Positions 1-9,515 of a stretch of DNA of 64,000 nt are shown piece after piece. The position numbers and the translations under genes were made by a program. The stretch is from the NCBI GenBank assembly GCA_963838925.1, contig CAWISW010000001.1, positions 288,001-352,000 of the forward strand, given 5' to 3'. The notes below the pieces were generated by a model. That model had not been told where the DNA came from and made no database searches. It saw nothing but the letters and a program-made list of their open reading frames with translations. Position 1 is the stretch's first letter. Every line of letters begins with the position of its first letter. The DNA comes from an uncultured Nitrososphaerota archaeon (GTDB lineage: Archaea > Thermoproteota > Nitrososphaeria > Nitrososphaerales > Gagatemarchaeaceae).

Positions 1-482
1 TACTCGGCGCATACCTCTACATCCGCTCCTTCACTCCGAACTGGCCTATCCCTGGCAGCATCCACGAGATCCCTCTGGGCCTCGCCAACACGATAGTGCT
101 GCTCACCAGCGGGCTCACCGCGTTCCTGGCCCTCGAGTCGATAAAGGAGGGCAAGCAGAGGCAGATGATAATGTGGCTAGGCGCCACCTTCGTCCTGGGC
201 GCGACCTTCCTCGGTGTGAAGGGCGCCGAGTGGTACAACCTCTACTTCGACAAGGGGTTCAGCTGGTCGTCCAGCCTCGCCGGCAGCACGTACTACTTCA
301 CGGTCGGGCTCCACGCAGCCCACGTGACGGTGGGCCTCATCCTGATGGTCTACCTGATCAAGAAGGGGCTGATGGGCGGCTACACGAAGGAGCACCACGA
401 GGGGATCGAGAACTTCGCGCTCTACTGGGCCTTCGTGGACATCGTCTGGATCTTCGTCTTCCCGCTGTTCTACCTGCTATAG
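1..482 (+). CDS. coxC: Heme-copper oxidase subunit III (5'-partial)
   Basis: The frame is open from the window start (LGAYLYIRS...LANTIVLLTS). It carries the COX3 motifs YYFTVGLHAAHV and LYWAFVDIVWIFVFPLFYL. Confidence 0.9.
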   Translation, partial: LGAYLYIRSFTPNWPIPGSIHEIPLGLANTIVLLTSGLTAFLALESIKEGKQRQMIMWLGATFVLGATFLGVKGAEWYNLYFDKGFSWSSSLAGSTYYFTVGLHAAHVTVGLILMVYLIKKGLMGGYTKEHHEGIENFALYWAFVDIVWIFVFPLFYLL

Positions 483-498
483 CATGGAGATATAGAAA

Positions 499-759
499 AT
501 GAACTACAAGCTCCCGCTGGCGGTCTGGCTCTACATGATCGTGACGACGGTCGGAGAGGTGCTCGTCTTCTACTCCGCGCCCGGGACATTTTCGGTCGAC
601 CTCGCGATAGGCGTCATCGCCATGATCAACAGCCTCGTGGCAGCGCTCTTCCTGATGAACATCCGGAAGGAGCCGCCCGTGATACAGTACCTCATGCTCG
701 CCCCTCTTGCGCTGATAATGGTCCTCATCCTGACGATGCTGTTCGCGTTCGCCCAGTGA
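499..759 (+). CDS. Small 3-TM protein, probable oxidase subunit IV
   Basis: 86-aa hydrophobic protein directly after subunit III. LVAALFLMNIRKE resembles the prokaryotic subunit IV motif. Confidence 0.6.
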   Translation: MNYKLPLAVWLYMIVTTVGEVLVFYSAPGTFSVDLAIGVIAMINSLVAALFLMNIRKEPPVIQYLMLAPLALIMVLILTMLFAFAQ

Positions 760-768
760 GTGATTGAG

Positions 769-1551
769 ATGCGATTCCAAGAATACGGGCCTCCAAAACT
801 GACGCTCGGAATCGTGGGCGTGATCGCGGCGATAATCCCCATCCTGGTCGGGTACTTCCTAGTCACCGGGATGGCGACGAGCTCCGGGTACACCTCCGCC
901 TTCCAAGGCGCGACCTCTACTACGACCGTCTCCACCTCGGCGAGCCCAGGAGCGGCGGTCGCCGTCTCGATCCCCAGCGGGGCGAGCAACCCGTCGAACC
1001 CCCCCGGCTACGCCCCTGACAAGATCACCGTGGTCATAGGAGTGAACGCGAGCGTCACCTGGACCAACAAGGACACGGCCGCCCACACCGTGACTTCGAC
1101 CAGCGTCCCGACAGGCGCCTCCACCTTCGACTCGGGCAACATGAACGCGGGGCAGACTTTCACTTACAACTTCACCCAGCCGGGCACCTACCAGTACCAC
1201 TGCAGCTATCACTCTTGGATGACCGGGACCGTGGTCGTGCTCAAGGGCGTCTCGACGGTCAAGGTCTCCATCCCGAGCGGGGCGAGCAACCCGTCGAACC
1301 CGCCGGGCTACGCCCCTGACAAGATCACCCTGGTGATTGGGCTCAACAACACGGTGACATGGTCGAACGACGACTCCGCAGCGCACACCGTCACCTCGAG
1401 CAGCGTCCCAAGCGGCGCGACCTCGTTCAACTCGGGCAACTTGAACGCCGGCCAGTCCTTCTCGTACACCTTCACGGTTCCTGGCACGTACCAGTACGGC
1501 TGCTCCTACCACTCCTGGATGGTCGGGACCGTCACCGTGGTCCAGGGATAG
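769..1551 (+). CDS. Membrane-anchored tandem cupredoxin (two plastocyanin-like type-1 Cu domains)
   Basis: N-terminal TM helix and Ser/Thr linker, then two domains each with AHTVT and YxCSYHSWMxG (H...C-x2-H-x2-M). Start is ATG 769 or GTG 760. Confidence 0.88.
   Translation: MRFQEYGPPKLTLGIVGVIAAIIPILVGYFLVTGMATSSGYTSAFQGATSTTTVSTSASPGAAVAVSIPSGASNPSNPPGYAPDKITVVIGVNASVTWTNKDTAAHTVTSTSVPTGASTFDSGNMNAGQTFTYNFTQPGTYQYHCSYHSWMTGTVVVLKGVSTVKVSIPSGASNPSNPPGYAPDKITLVIGLNNTVTWSNDDSAAHTVTSSSVPSGATSFNSGNLNAGQSFSYTFTVPGTYQYGCSYHSWMVGTVTVVQG
961..1545 (+). repeat. Intragenic tandem duplication, 300-nt period
   Basis: agcggggcgagcaacccgtcgaaccc...ggctacgcccctgacaagatcacc occurs at about 976 and about 1276. 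Confidence 0.85.
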
Positions 1552-1897
1552 CCGCACCCGACTCCCGTCCGCTTCCCTTCACCCCTCGCGCCTCGCTCCT
1601 TCTCCTCCTGACCGCTCTCGATTCTGCTCGAGAAGCGCTGAAAAGTTGTGCGGGCGATATTCAGACTCTTAATGGCGATTTGTCCGATTTTCTATTCTAC
1701 GCCACAGACTATCCGGTGCATTTCGCGCCGCTTTCAACAGCTCCTATCAAGGGCCGTAGACTTTTTCTCCGATAACGGTTTGATTAGACGAGCTGAGCGC
1801 TCATCTCCGAGGGGCCTCTTGCCCTAAACACGCCGCCCGCCCGTCTTGTGTCTTCGTTTTCCCTAAAAACCCTGAATTTTGCCCCGTTACCGAGAGC

Positions 1898-1905
1898 TTA
1901 AATAT
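1898..1905 (+). promoter_or_regulatory. TATA box for the small gene at 1935
   Basis: TTAAATAT lies about 30 bp upstream of GTG 1935, consistent with a leaderless start. Confidence 0.6.
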
Positions 1906-1934
1906 CAAGCGCGGGAGCGTAGAGCCGAGCAAAC

Positions 1935-2087
1935 GTGGTCACGGGCTACTGTGTCTACGAGAAGAAGAAGAACAGGGAGATCAAGAATCCCAAGCAGATC
2001 AAACTGAAGAACGGTCGGTTTGCTGTTCGGGGTACTTGCGGCTCATGTGGAAAGCCGATCTTCCGCATCGGAAAGCTGACCAAGTAA
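1935..2087 (+). CDS. Small basic DUF5679/Cren7-like protein (50 aa, not in ORF track)
   Basis: Manual translation: MVTGYCVYEKKKNREIKNPKQIKLKNGRFAVRGTCGSCGKPIFRIGKLTK. TATA upstream and T-tract downstream. Confidence 0.8.
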   Translation: MVTGYCVYEKKKNREIKNPKQIKLKNGRFAVRGTCGSCGKPIFRIGKLTK

Positions 2088-2178
2088 TCAGCGTCGACGC
2101 GGGAATCTCTCTTCCTCTTTATTTTTAACTCCGAAGGAAGACCTTATCACGCACGTCAGGGGAACGGGCGCTCTCCAG

Positions 2179-3630
2179 ATGGTCCTCGTCCTGTACAACA
2201 CCCTCGGACGGAGGCTCACGAAGTTCACGCCTCTCTCCGGCAGGCGGGTGCGGATGTACACGTGCGGGCCCACGGTCTACAACTACGCGCACATCGGGAA
2301 CTTCCGCACGTTCGTCTTCGAGGACGTCCTCCGGAGGTACCTGACCTTCAAGGGGTTCAAGGTCGACCAGGTGATGAACATCACCGACGTGGAGGACAGG
2401 ATAATAGAGGGGATCAAGAAGACGGGGAAGAGCCTGGGGGAGCTCACTGACTTCTACACGAAGGCCTTCGTGGAAGACCTCGCCGCCCTCAACGTCCAGA
2501 AGGCGGAGCACTACCCAAAGGCGACCGAGAACATCCCCGAGATAGTCGCAGCGGTGAAGACGCTCATCAAGAAGGGATACGCCTACAGGGCGGAGGACGG
2601 GTCGGTCTACTACTCGATCAAGAAGTTCAGGAGATACGGTCAGCTCTCGGGCATAAAGACCACCGCGACAAAGGCGGGGACCCGCACGGCCTCAGACCAC
2701 TACGAGAAGATGGGCGCCAACGACTTTGCACTCTGGAAGGCGTGGGTCCCAGAGGACGGCGAGGTCTTCTGGGAGACCCCCCTCGGGAAGGGGAGGCCGG
2801 GCTGGCACATCGAGTGCTCCGTGATGGCGATGAAGTACCTCGGCAAAACCCTCGACATCCACGCGGGGGCCATCGACCTCAGGTTCCCCCACCACGAGAA
2901 CGAGATCGCCCAGTCCGAGGCCCTCACGGGAAAGAAGTTCGTGAGGCACTGGCAGCACTCCGCCTTCCTGACCATGGAGGGGGGAAAGATGTCAAAGTCG
3001 GTCGGGAACATCGTCACGCTGAGGGAGCTCCTGCAGCGGGGGCTTTCCCCCAGGGCCATCAGGCTCTTCCTCATCAGCGCCCACTACCGGGAGGAGCTGA
3101 AGTTCGCCGACTCTTCGCTGGCCCAGGCCGCCGCCACCCTGGGGAGGTTCGACAGTCTCGTGCGGCGCCTGACTTCGGTCACCGGGGCCGCTGACCAGGC
3201 GGGCGACGCCGAGTGCTCCCGCCTCGCCAAGGAGCTCCTCGCGAGCTTCGAGGAGTCGATGGACGACGACCTGAACGTCCCGAGGGCGCTGGCGGCCTTC
3301 TTCACGTTCGACCGGAGGCTCAACTCTCTCTTGGACCAAGGGAAGGTCTCGGCGCGCGACGCCCAGAGGCTCCTTGACACCGTGAAGAAGGTCGACTCGG
3401 TCCTCGGGGTGATTCAGGGCGCTCCCGACCTGGGGTCAGGGAAGCTGGGCGAGAGGAGCGACCCCGAGGCGTCCCTCATCGCCGACCTGGTCGCGCAGCG
3501 CGAGGACGCGAGGAAGAGGAAGGACTACAGCAGGTCGGACGAGATCAGGGAGGAGCTGAGGAGGAAGGGGGTCGTGGTGGAGGACACCCCCACAGGCCCC
3601 GTCTGGCACAGGTTGTCAACACCATCTTAA
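2179..3630 (+). CDS. cysS: Cysteine--tRNA ligase
   Basis: Motifs CGPTVY, HIGN, GRPGWHIECS, FPHHENE, KMSKS. Confidence 0.97.
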   Translation: MVLVLYNTLGRRLTKFTPLSGRRVRMYTCGPTVYNYAHIGNFRTFVFEDVLRRYLTFKGFKVDQVMNITDVEDRIIEGIKKTGKSLGELTDFYTKAFVEDLAALNVQKAEHYPKATENIPEIVAAVKTLIKKGYAYRAEDGSVYYSIKKFRRYGQLSGIKTTATKAGTRTASDHYEKMGANDFALWKAWVPEDGEVFWETPLGKGRPGWHIECSVMAMKYLGKTLDIHAGAIDLRFPHHENEIAQSEALTGKKFVRHWQHSAFLTMEGGKMSKSVGNIVTLRELLQRGLSPRAIRLFLISAHYREELKFADSSLAQAAATLGRFDSLVRRLTSVTGAADQAGDAECSRLAKELLASFEESMDDDLNVPRALAAFFTFDRRLNSLLDQGKVSARDAQRLLDTVKKVDSVLGVIQGAPDLGSGKLGERSDPEASLIADLVAQREDARKRKDYSRSDEIREELRRKGVVVEDTPTGPVWHRLSTPS

Positions 3631-3691
3631 CGGTTGCTCAAGTAGGTTCAATCCCGGTGCATTAGTTCAGGCTGTGTGGACTTGTGCTCCG

Positions 3692-6076
3692 ATGCAGCGC
3701 GAGCTGTCACAGTTTTCACACGCCCGGGAGCTCTCCGCCTCCCAGCTCAAGCGCAGCATCTGCCTCTTTCGGAGCGACCTGAGGGCCAAGGTCGAGCCAG
3801 ACGGCTCGACCTCGTGGGTCCACAGCGCGACCGCCAAGAAGCTGCTCTTCGGCAGAGAGACAGCCGAGGTGTTCAAGATCCAGTCCGGGGTCAAGATCTC
3901 TGTAAAGGCCCAGGACGTCGTGGTGAGGGCGACGCCCTCGAGCGTCTCCTATGCGGCCCGCGGGCAAGAGAGGATCCAGGCGGCTCACACAGTCAGGCTG
4001 CTCGTCGGGGACTGCGAGGGCTCTGTGAGGAGCGTCAGGCTTACCAACAGGGGCGACGCGGTTACGAGGATCCGGATCATCACCCTCCACGACCCCACGT
4101 CCCTAAACTACAGGAGGGAGCGAGACCCTCCCGGCGAGATAGGCGTCAACGCCTTCAACCGCCACGACCAGGTCGTGATGGACGACGTAGGAGACACCAC
4201 CGGGGTCCGCGTCATCGGGTTCTCACCCCGCCCATCGGTCCTCTACATGACGAAGGACAAGGGAAGGGCAGCCGAGCTCCTGGCCCTAGGGGAGCTCCCA
4301 GAGAGCTCGCTCGGGATGTCGGGCTCGGTCATCCTGCTGGCCCAGCAGGACATCGACCTCCTCCCCGGCGCCACCGTGGAGGTGCGCACCATCTCGGTCT
4401 ACCACCCCTCATCGCTCGAGTCCGCCCTTAACGCGGCGGCCCTCCGCTCGGACGAGGGGGACTCGGAGCGTGGAGAGCCGCGAGGCGCGGAGTTCGTCTC
4501 GTCGAGCGCGTCGATGAACTTCACCTTCGACTGGGCGAAGGCCGCGCTCTACGCGATCGAGGGTGAGGGCAACACAGCGGAGCGGCTGTGGTCGGGAGTG
4601 GCGCTCTCGCTCATCAGGAGCGACTACTTCGAGAGGATGGCCGAGTCGCTCAAGGGCGGAGTGAGGAAGGACGGCACTCTCCGATACTCCGAAGGCTCGC
4701 CGGCCGGGGACCGCGCCGAGAGGCCGGGACCAGTGGAGACCTCCCTCTTCCTTCTGAGCGTCTGCGCGTACCTCAGCGCACGTTCGGGGGACAAGAAGCT
4801 CGTGAAAAGGTGGTACCCTCAACTGAAGAAGGTAGGGGACGGCCTGGCTGGACTGATCTCGGATGGGCTCGTCCCGTCCTCGTCCGACTCGCCCGACGGG
4901 TGGCGCAGGCGCTTGGGCGCCGGCTTCCCGACGGGTCACTCCTCGGAGGTCAACCTGCTGGCCGTCAGGGCGCTGAGGGACGCCTCCTCCGTCGCCTACC
5001 TCGCGGGCAAGGGGAGCGACTCGGCGAAGTTCCGCGAGCTCAGCGTGAGGCTCTCGAACGCCGTCAACGAGAGGCTGAGGGACTCCGAGAGCGGCGCCCT
5101 CGCCCTCAACGTGGATCCCAGGGGCGTGGCCCACCGGGAGGTGACAGTCGACCAAGCCGTGGGGCTCTCCTACTGCTCGCCCGACCCGAACCTGGCTTCG
5201 TCGGTCGTCCACAGGCTCCTCGAGAAGGACTTCGAGACCGGCTTCGGCCCGCGCACGATCTCGAGCTCCAACAGCCTCTACTACAGCCCGAGCTACGGCG
5301 ACGGCCAGCTCGGCGGATACTGGACGAGGGCGGCTCTCTCGCATTCCATCCTCGCATTCCTCACAGGCTACCCGAGCATAGGGAGCGCCCAGCTCGAGAA
5401 GGTCGCGAGGCTCGTGCACACGGACTCTGAGCGCCTGGGCGGCGTCCCGGGAGAGGTGCCGTACTGGGTCGACCCCGAGCGGAGGCAGATCGTGGGGTCG
5501 GGCTCCGACCCCGTGGCGGCCTCCAGGTTCATCGAGGCGGTCATGTTCGGCGAGGCAGGCCTGTCGCTCGGCCCTCAGGGGGCGAGGTTCAGCGTCCCGG
5601 AGGCCTCGCAGCTGAAGTGGCTGCTCATCCACGGCCTCGAACTTGGGCGGAAGGGGTCGCTCTTCGTCGGCAGGTCCTCGGGGAAGGCATTCGTCGCCAC
5701 CACCTACGACAAGGAGGCGATGGAGGACTCGCACGGAGCGGGCCGACAGGGCATCACCACCACCTCGTCTTGCTTCCCGGAGTGCGAACGGATGGCCGGC
5801 GCCTCAGGCCTGGAGTGCCTGCTGTTCTGGGACAACGGCGCTTCTCTCGTGTGCATCGGCAACACCAGCGCCTCCCCTTGCTCAGGCACGATCTCCGTCC
5901 CGCTGAGGTCCAAGTCCTTCGCCGCCTCCCTCTTCGCCCAGTTGGAGGAGCTTCAGCCGGAGACGGGGCTCTGGGGCAAGGTCGACCGGGTCAAGCTTCT
6001 GACCAAGCTCGAGGCGAAGGTGGAGCTCAAGCCGAACTCGTGGAAGATGCTCAGGATCTCCTCCGCGACGCACTGA
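3692..6076 (+). CDS. Six-hairpin glycosidase-like protein (glycogen debranching/GH94/GH116-like)
   Basis: N-terminal beta-rich region and helical catalytic-like region (FETGFGPRTISS..YYSPSY.DGQLGGYW), similar to the amylo-alpha-1,6-glucosidase C-domain. Start is uncertain (3674 or 3692). Confidence 0.55.
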   Translation: MQRELSQFSHARELSASQLKRSICLFRSDLRAKVEPDGSTSWVHSATAKKLLFGRETAEVFKIQSGVKISVKAQDVVVRATPSSVSYAARGQERIQAAHTVRLLVGDCEGSVRSVRLTNRGDAVTRIRIITLHDPTSLNYRRERDPPGEIGVNAFNRHDQVVMDDVGDTTGVRVIGFSPRPSVLYMTKDKGRAAELLALGELPESSLGMSGSVILLAQQDIDLLPGATVEVRTISVYHPSSLESALNAAALRSDEGDSERGEPRGAEFVSSSASMNFTFDWAKAALYAIEGEGNTAERLWSGVALSLIRSDYFERMAESLKGGVRKDGTLRYSEGSPAGDRAERPGPVETSLFLLSVCAYLSARSGDKKLVKRWYPQLKKVGDGLAGLISDGLVPSSSDSPDGWRRRLGAGFPTGHSSEVNLLAVRALRDASSVAYLAGKGSDSAKFRELSVRLSNAVNERLRDSESGALALNVDPRGVAHREVTVDQAVGLSYCSPDPNLASSVVHRLLEKDFETGFGPRTISSSNSLYYSPSYGDGQLGGYWTRAALSHSILAFLTGYPSIGSAQLEKVARLVHTDSERLGGVPGEVPYWVDPERRQIVGSGSDPVAASRFIEAVMFGEAGLSLGPQGARFSVPEASQLKWLLIHGLELGRKGSLFVGRSSGKAFVATTYDKEAMEDSHGAGRQGITTTSSCFPECERMAGASGLECLLFWDNGASLVCIGNTSASPCSGTISVPLRSKSFAASLFAQLEELQPETGLWGKVDRVKLLTKLEAKVELKPNSWKMLRISSATH

Positions 6077-6198
6077 TCCCGCGGTGCCGCCTGACCGTCA
6101 GGCCGCATCGAGGTTAAGATGAGTTAGCCTCCAGATGTAAATGAAATCACCCCGCGGTTATTATCAGGAACGCTCCAAGATGAGAGGAGACGAACCAA

Positions 6199-7041
6199 AT
6201 GGGAACCGTCAGCAAGGCTTCTGGGTCAGGGTCGAGGACGACGCTGGCCAGCAGGCAGACTGCGACGCGCATCTTCGCTGTGGCCAACCAGAAGGGGGGC
6301 GTCGGCAAGACCGACCTGACAGTGAACCTCGCATGCCAGCTGGCTGCGCTGGGGAAGAAGACCCTGCTGATCGACCTGGACCCACAGGCGAACGCCACCG
6401 ATTATCTCAACGCCCTGGGCGGGCCGGAGGGAAGGACTACGGCTGAGCTCCTCCTTGACGACTCTGTGACGCTCGACGACGTGGTGCTCGAGGGGTGCAG
6501 GGAGAACCTCGACCTCATCCCGTCACACCAGAACCTCAGCTCAAGCCAGATAAGGCTCGCGAACGACATCAACATGCAGTTCAAGCTCAAGAAGAAGCTG
6601 AAGGCCGTCACCGATGGCAGCCGGCGCTACGACTTCGTCCTCATCGACACGCCCCCCTCACTCGGCCTGCTCATGGTAAACACCCTCACCGCGGCGACCG
6701 GCGTGATCATTCCGGTCCAGACTCACTACTTCGCGATGGACGGCGTCGTCCAGCTCCAGGAGACGATCCACAAGGTGAGGGAGGACATCAACCCGGGCCT
6801 GAAGGTGCTGGGGGTGGTCCTTACGATGTACGACAGGAGGACGCTGATCTCTAGGGAGGTGGCTGAGAAGGTGAGGGACGAGTTCAGCGAACGCGTCTTC
6901 TCGACCGTCATCCCGATCAACGTGAGGCTCGCAGAGGCACCCAGCCACCACAAGTCGATCTTCGAGTACGATTCCGATTCCTCGGGCGCGAAGGCGTACA
7001 GGGAGCTTGCCAAGGAGATACTAAGTTGCCCAGACGTCTAG
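6199..7041 (+). CDS. parA: ParA/Soj family ATPase
   Basis: Deviant Walker A NQKGGVGKT, plus DLDPQANAT, IDTPPSLG and LAEAPSH. Confidence 0.93.
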   Translation: MGTVSKASGSGSRTTLASRQTATRIFAVANQKGGVGKTDLTVNLACQLAALGKKTLLIDLDPQANATDYLNALGGPEGRTTAELLLDDSVTLDDVVLEGCRENLDLIPSHQNLSSSQIRLANDINMQFKLKKKLKAVTDGSRRYDFVLIDTPPSLGLLMVNTLTAATGVIIPVQTHYFAMDGVVQLQETIHKVREDINPGLKVLGVVLTMYDRRTLISREVAEKVRDEFSERVFSTVIPINVRLAEAPSHHKSIFEYDSDSSGAKAYRELAKEILSCPDV

Positions 7042-7541
7042 GGGACGACCCGCTCGCGAGGGCGAAGAACGCAAAGGCCGACCCGTCACAAGCCTCGGCT
7101 CCGTCCACCGGCACCGCATCAGGGCAGTCCCTCCGACGGCAGTCGTACAACGACGTCTTCTTCGAGAGAAGGGCGGACGCTGGCCAGCAAGAGGTGGCGG
7201 CATCGCCCCAGCCTCAGCACATCGAGGCTGCTGAGATATCTGAGATCTCAGAGATCCCACAGATGCGAGAGGCCGCGGCCGCGCCGACCGTCCAGCCCAC
7301 GGAGGCCGCCGCAATCGTCACGCCAGAGGCCAGCGTTGCGCAGAACGAGGTGGTAGTCGCGGTCTCGCCTTCACGGCAGGTCGCCGAACCGGCGGGTTAC
7401 ATCGAAACGATCGTGGCGCAAGTGCAGGCTCAACCCGCCCCGACGCCTCAGCCAGCCGGCGCGACAGCGGACGGCCATAAGGCCGAGCCCCAGAAGAGCG
7501 GCGGCTTCTTCAAGCGCCTCTTCGGCAGGTTCGGACAGTAG
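7026..7541 (+). CDS. ParA-associated low-complexity protein with C-terminal amphipathic helix
   Basis: Overlaps the parA stop. N-terminus RRLGDDPL, A/P/Q/E-rich middle, C-terminus GGFFKRLFGRFGQ. Confidence 0.7.
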   Translation: MPRRLGDDPLARAKNAKADPSQASAPSTGTASGQSLRRQSYNDVFFERRADAGQQEVAASPQPQHIEAAEISEISEIPQMREAAAAPTVQPTEAAAIVTPEASVAQNEVVVAVSPSRQVAEPAGYIETIVAQVQAQPAPTPQPAGATADGHKAEPQKSGGFFKRLFGRFGQ

Positions 7542-7619
7542 CTCGCGACGAGCGCCTGCGGAACTGCCCACGCAACGACTTATTGGTCGCCTCCCGAACC
7601 GCGGCCTAGAGGCAAAATC

Positions 7620-7829
7620 TTGACCGGATTCACTACAGAGTCGCCGAGCAAAAAGTTCGTCATACTGGCAGAGTCTGGAAGGTGCGAGACCCTCCTGAAG
7701 GCCCTGGAGACGAGGGCGGCCAACGGCTATCGGGTCGTGCAGTGCTGGGGCGCGGGCGGGGGGCAGGGCATCTTTGGCAGCGGAGGCAACCCCGCCATGA
7801 CATACGTCCTGCTGGAAAAGCCCAGCTGA
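7620..7829 (+). CDS. Small hypothetical protein (DUF4177-like)
   Basis: 69 aa with the pattern LETRAANGYRVVQ...YVLLEK. Confidence 0.5.
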   Translation: MTGFTTESPSKKFVILAESGRCETLLKALETRAANGYRVVQCWGAGGGQGIFGSGGNPAMTYVLLEKPS

Positions 7830-7897
7830 CCCGGGCCGCCCCAGGGCCAAGCACAACCCACACAACACGTATCTCCTACCACAAAGGCGGGGTGCCA

Positions 7898-8287
7898 ATG
7901 ATCCTCGTCGACTGCACGGAGCTCTCGGCCGACGAGAAGCTCGCCCTCGCTTCGCAGATCTCGGACACCCTGGAGGGGGTCGCCATCGCCTTGGTCAAAG
8001 ACGACGCCATCGTATTCGACCAGCTCACGGACGAGAAGCTGAAGGCCTCCGTCGTGAAGGATGCCGTCTCAAGCTTCATCTCGAGGCGGAAGGACGCCGA
8101 GCACTACTCGCTGGAGGTGGTCGGCGAGCGCATAGTGGTGCACTCGGCAGACCCAGTGTCGGCGATGCGCAAGAAGGCGCAGAACAAGCTGCCGCCCAAC
8201 CTCCATCAGTGCTCCTACTGCGCGTTCGTCACCGAGTACGAAGAGGAGCTCACGGTCCACGCGCGGACCCATCTCTTCGGAGCGTAG
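7898..8287 (+). CDS. Hypothetical protein with C-terminal C2H2 zinc finger
   Basis: ATG at 7898; CSYC-x12-HARTH at the C-terminus. Confidence 0.7.
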   Translation: MILVDCTELSADEKLALASQISDTLEGVAIALVKDDAIVFDQLTDEKLKASVVKDAVSSFISRRKDAEHYSLEVVGERIVVHSADPVSAMRKKAQNKLPPNLHQCSYCAFVTEYEEELTVHARTHLFGA

Positions 8288-8409
8288 CGGCTCAGCCCCC
8301 CGCGGCCTTCCCCGCAGGCGGGAGACGCGTCAAGAGCGGCCGCATCGCCATGACAAACATCATTAACTTCTCACTTCGACGCTCACAAGAAGGTCGACTC
8401 TCCGTCAAC

Positions 8410-9411
8410 TTGAGCAAGACACGCGTATCTCTCGGGGAGGGGATAATGGTCGAGCTCGGGGTCATGAGGTACGCCCTCGACCCCAAGGCTCCTGTCAAGG
8501 CGGACTATACATTCGTCTCCCACGCCCACATGGACCACGTCGAGAGGCCGCACCCGAAGTCGAAGGTCCTCGCCTCGGACGAGACCGTCCTCCTCGCGCG
8601 GGCGAGGGGCGTGGAGCTCGGCTCGAACAGGCAGGCGCCGCCCGAAGGGGTCTCGCTCCTCGACTCCGGGCACATCCTCGGCGCGCGCGCGCTCTACATC
8701 GAGGACGAGCTGCTCTACACCGGGGACGCCGCTGGAAGGGAGCGCGCCTTCATGTGCCGGTGCAGGACCAAGAAGGCCAGGGTGCTGATCACCGAGACGA
8801 CCTTCGGAGACCCTCGCTACATCTTCCCGCCGCTCGACCAGACGGTCAAGAGGGTGAACGAGATGATAGCGCACACGTTCGACAAGGGGAGGCCGGTTGT
8901 GCTCATGGGATACCCGCTCGGCAAGTCGCAGATCCTCTCGTACCTCTTCTCGTCGTGGAACCCCTTCTTCGTCCACGAGTCGGTCGGACAGATGAACGAC
9001 ATCTACAGGGAGTCAGGGATCCCCCTGAAGAAGGAGGCAAGGACGATCGCAAAGACCCTCGAAGGGCTCCCCCAGGGCCCCTGGGTGATGGTCGCGCCCA
9101 TGATGAGCTCTCGGAACAAGCTCGCCGCGAGGCTCAAGAAGGAGTACGGGGCCGTCCTGGCCGCCTTCAGCGGGTGGGCGGTCGAGAGGGGCTACGGGAG
9201 CTACCTCGGAGCCGACTACTCCTTCCCCCTCAGCGACCACTGCGACTACGAGGAGCTCCTCAAGCTGGTGAAGGAGGTCTCCCCGGAGGTGGTGTACACG
9301 ACTCACGGCTTCACGAACGAGTTCGCGCGCACCCTCCGGGGGGAGGGCTACGACGCCAAGCCCCTCGACGGCTACCAAGCCGCCCTCTCGGACTACCACG
9401 ACGACACCTAG
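8410..9411 (+). CDS. MBL-fold beta-CASP nuclease
   Basis: Motifs SHAHMDH, SGHILG, YTGD, ETTFG, LSDHCD, THG. Start is uncertain. Confidence 0.85.
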   Translation: MSKTRVSLGEGIMVELGVMRYALDPKAPVKADYTFVSHAHMDHVERPHPKSKVLASDETVLLARARGVELGSNRQAPPEGVSLLDSGHILGARALYIEDELLYTGDAAGRERAFMCRCRTKKARVLITETTFGDPRYIFPPLDQTVKRVNEMIAHTFDKGRPVVLMGYPLGKSQILSYLFSSWNPFFVHESVGQMNDIYRESGIPLKKEARTIAKTLEGLPQGPWVMVAPMMSSRNKLAARLKKEYGAVLAAFSGWAVERGYGSYLGADYSFPLSDHCDYEELLKLVKEVSPEVVYTTHGFTNEFARTLRGEGYDAKPLDGYQAALSDYHDDT

Positions 9412-9515
9412 TCGACCGGCCCCGCGCGAGCCGAAGGATTTTAAAATCGATTTCGTCCGAGCTTTGTGCGGCAAGAAGCGCATGAGTGATTATCAAATCC
9501 GTGCCCAGTGAGCCA

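Noticed and set aside
1552-1897. 345-bp lower-GC intergenic region as a possible ncRNA or replication origin
   Set aside because: I found no ORB-like repeats, no adjacent cdc6/orc1 and no convincing structure by eye.
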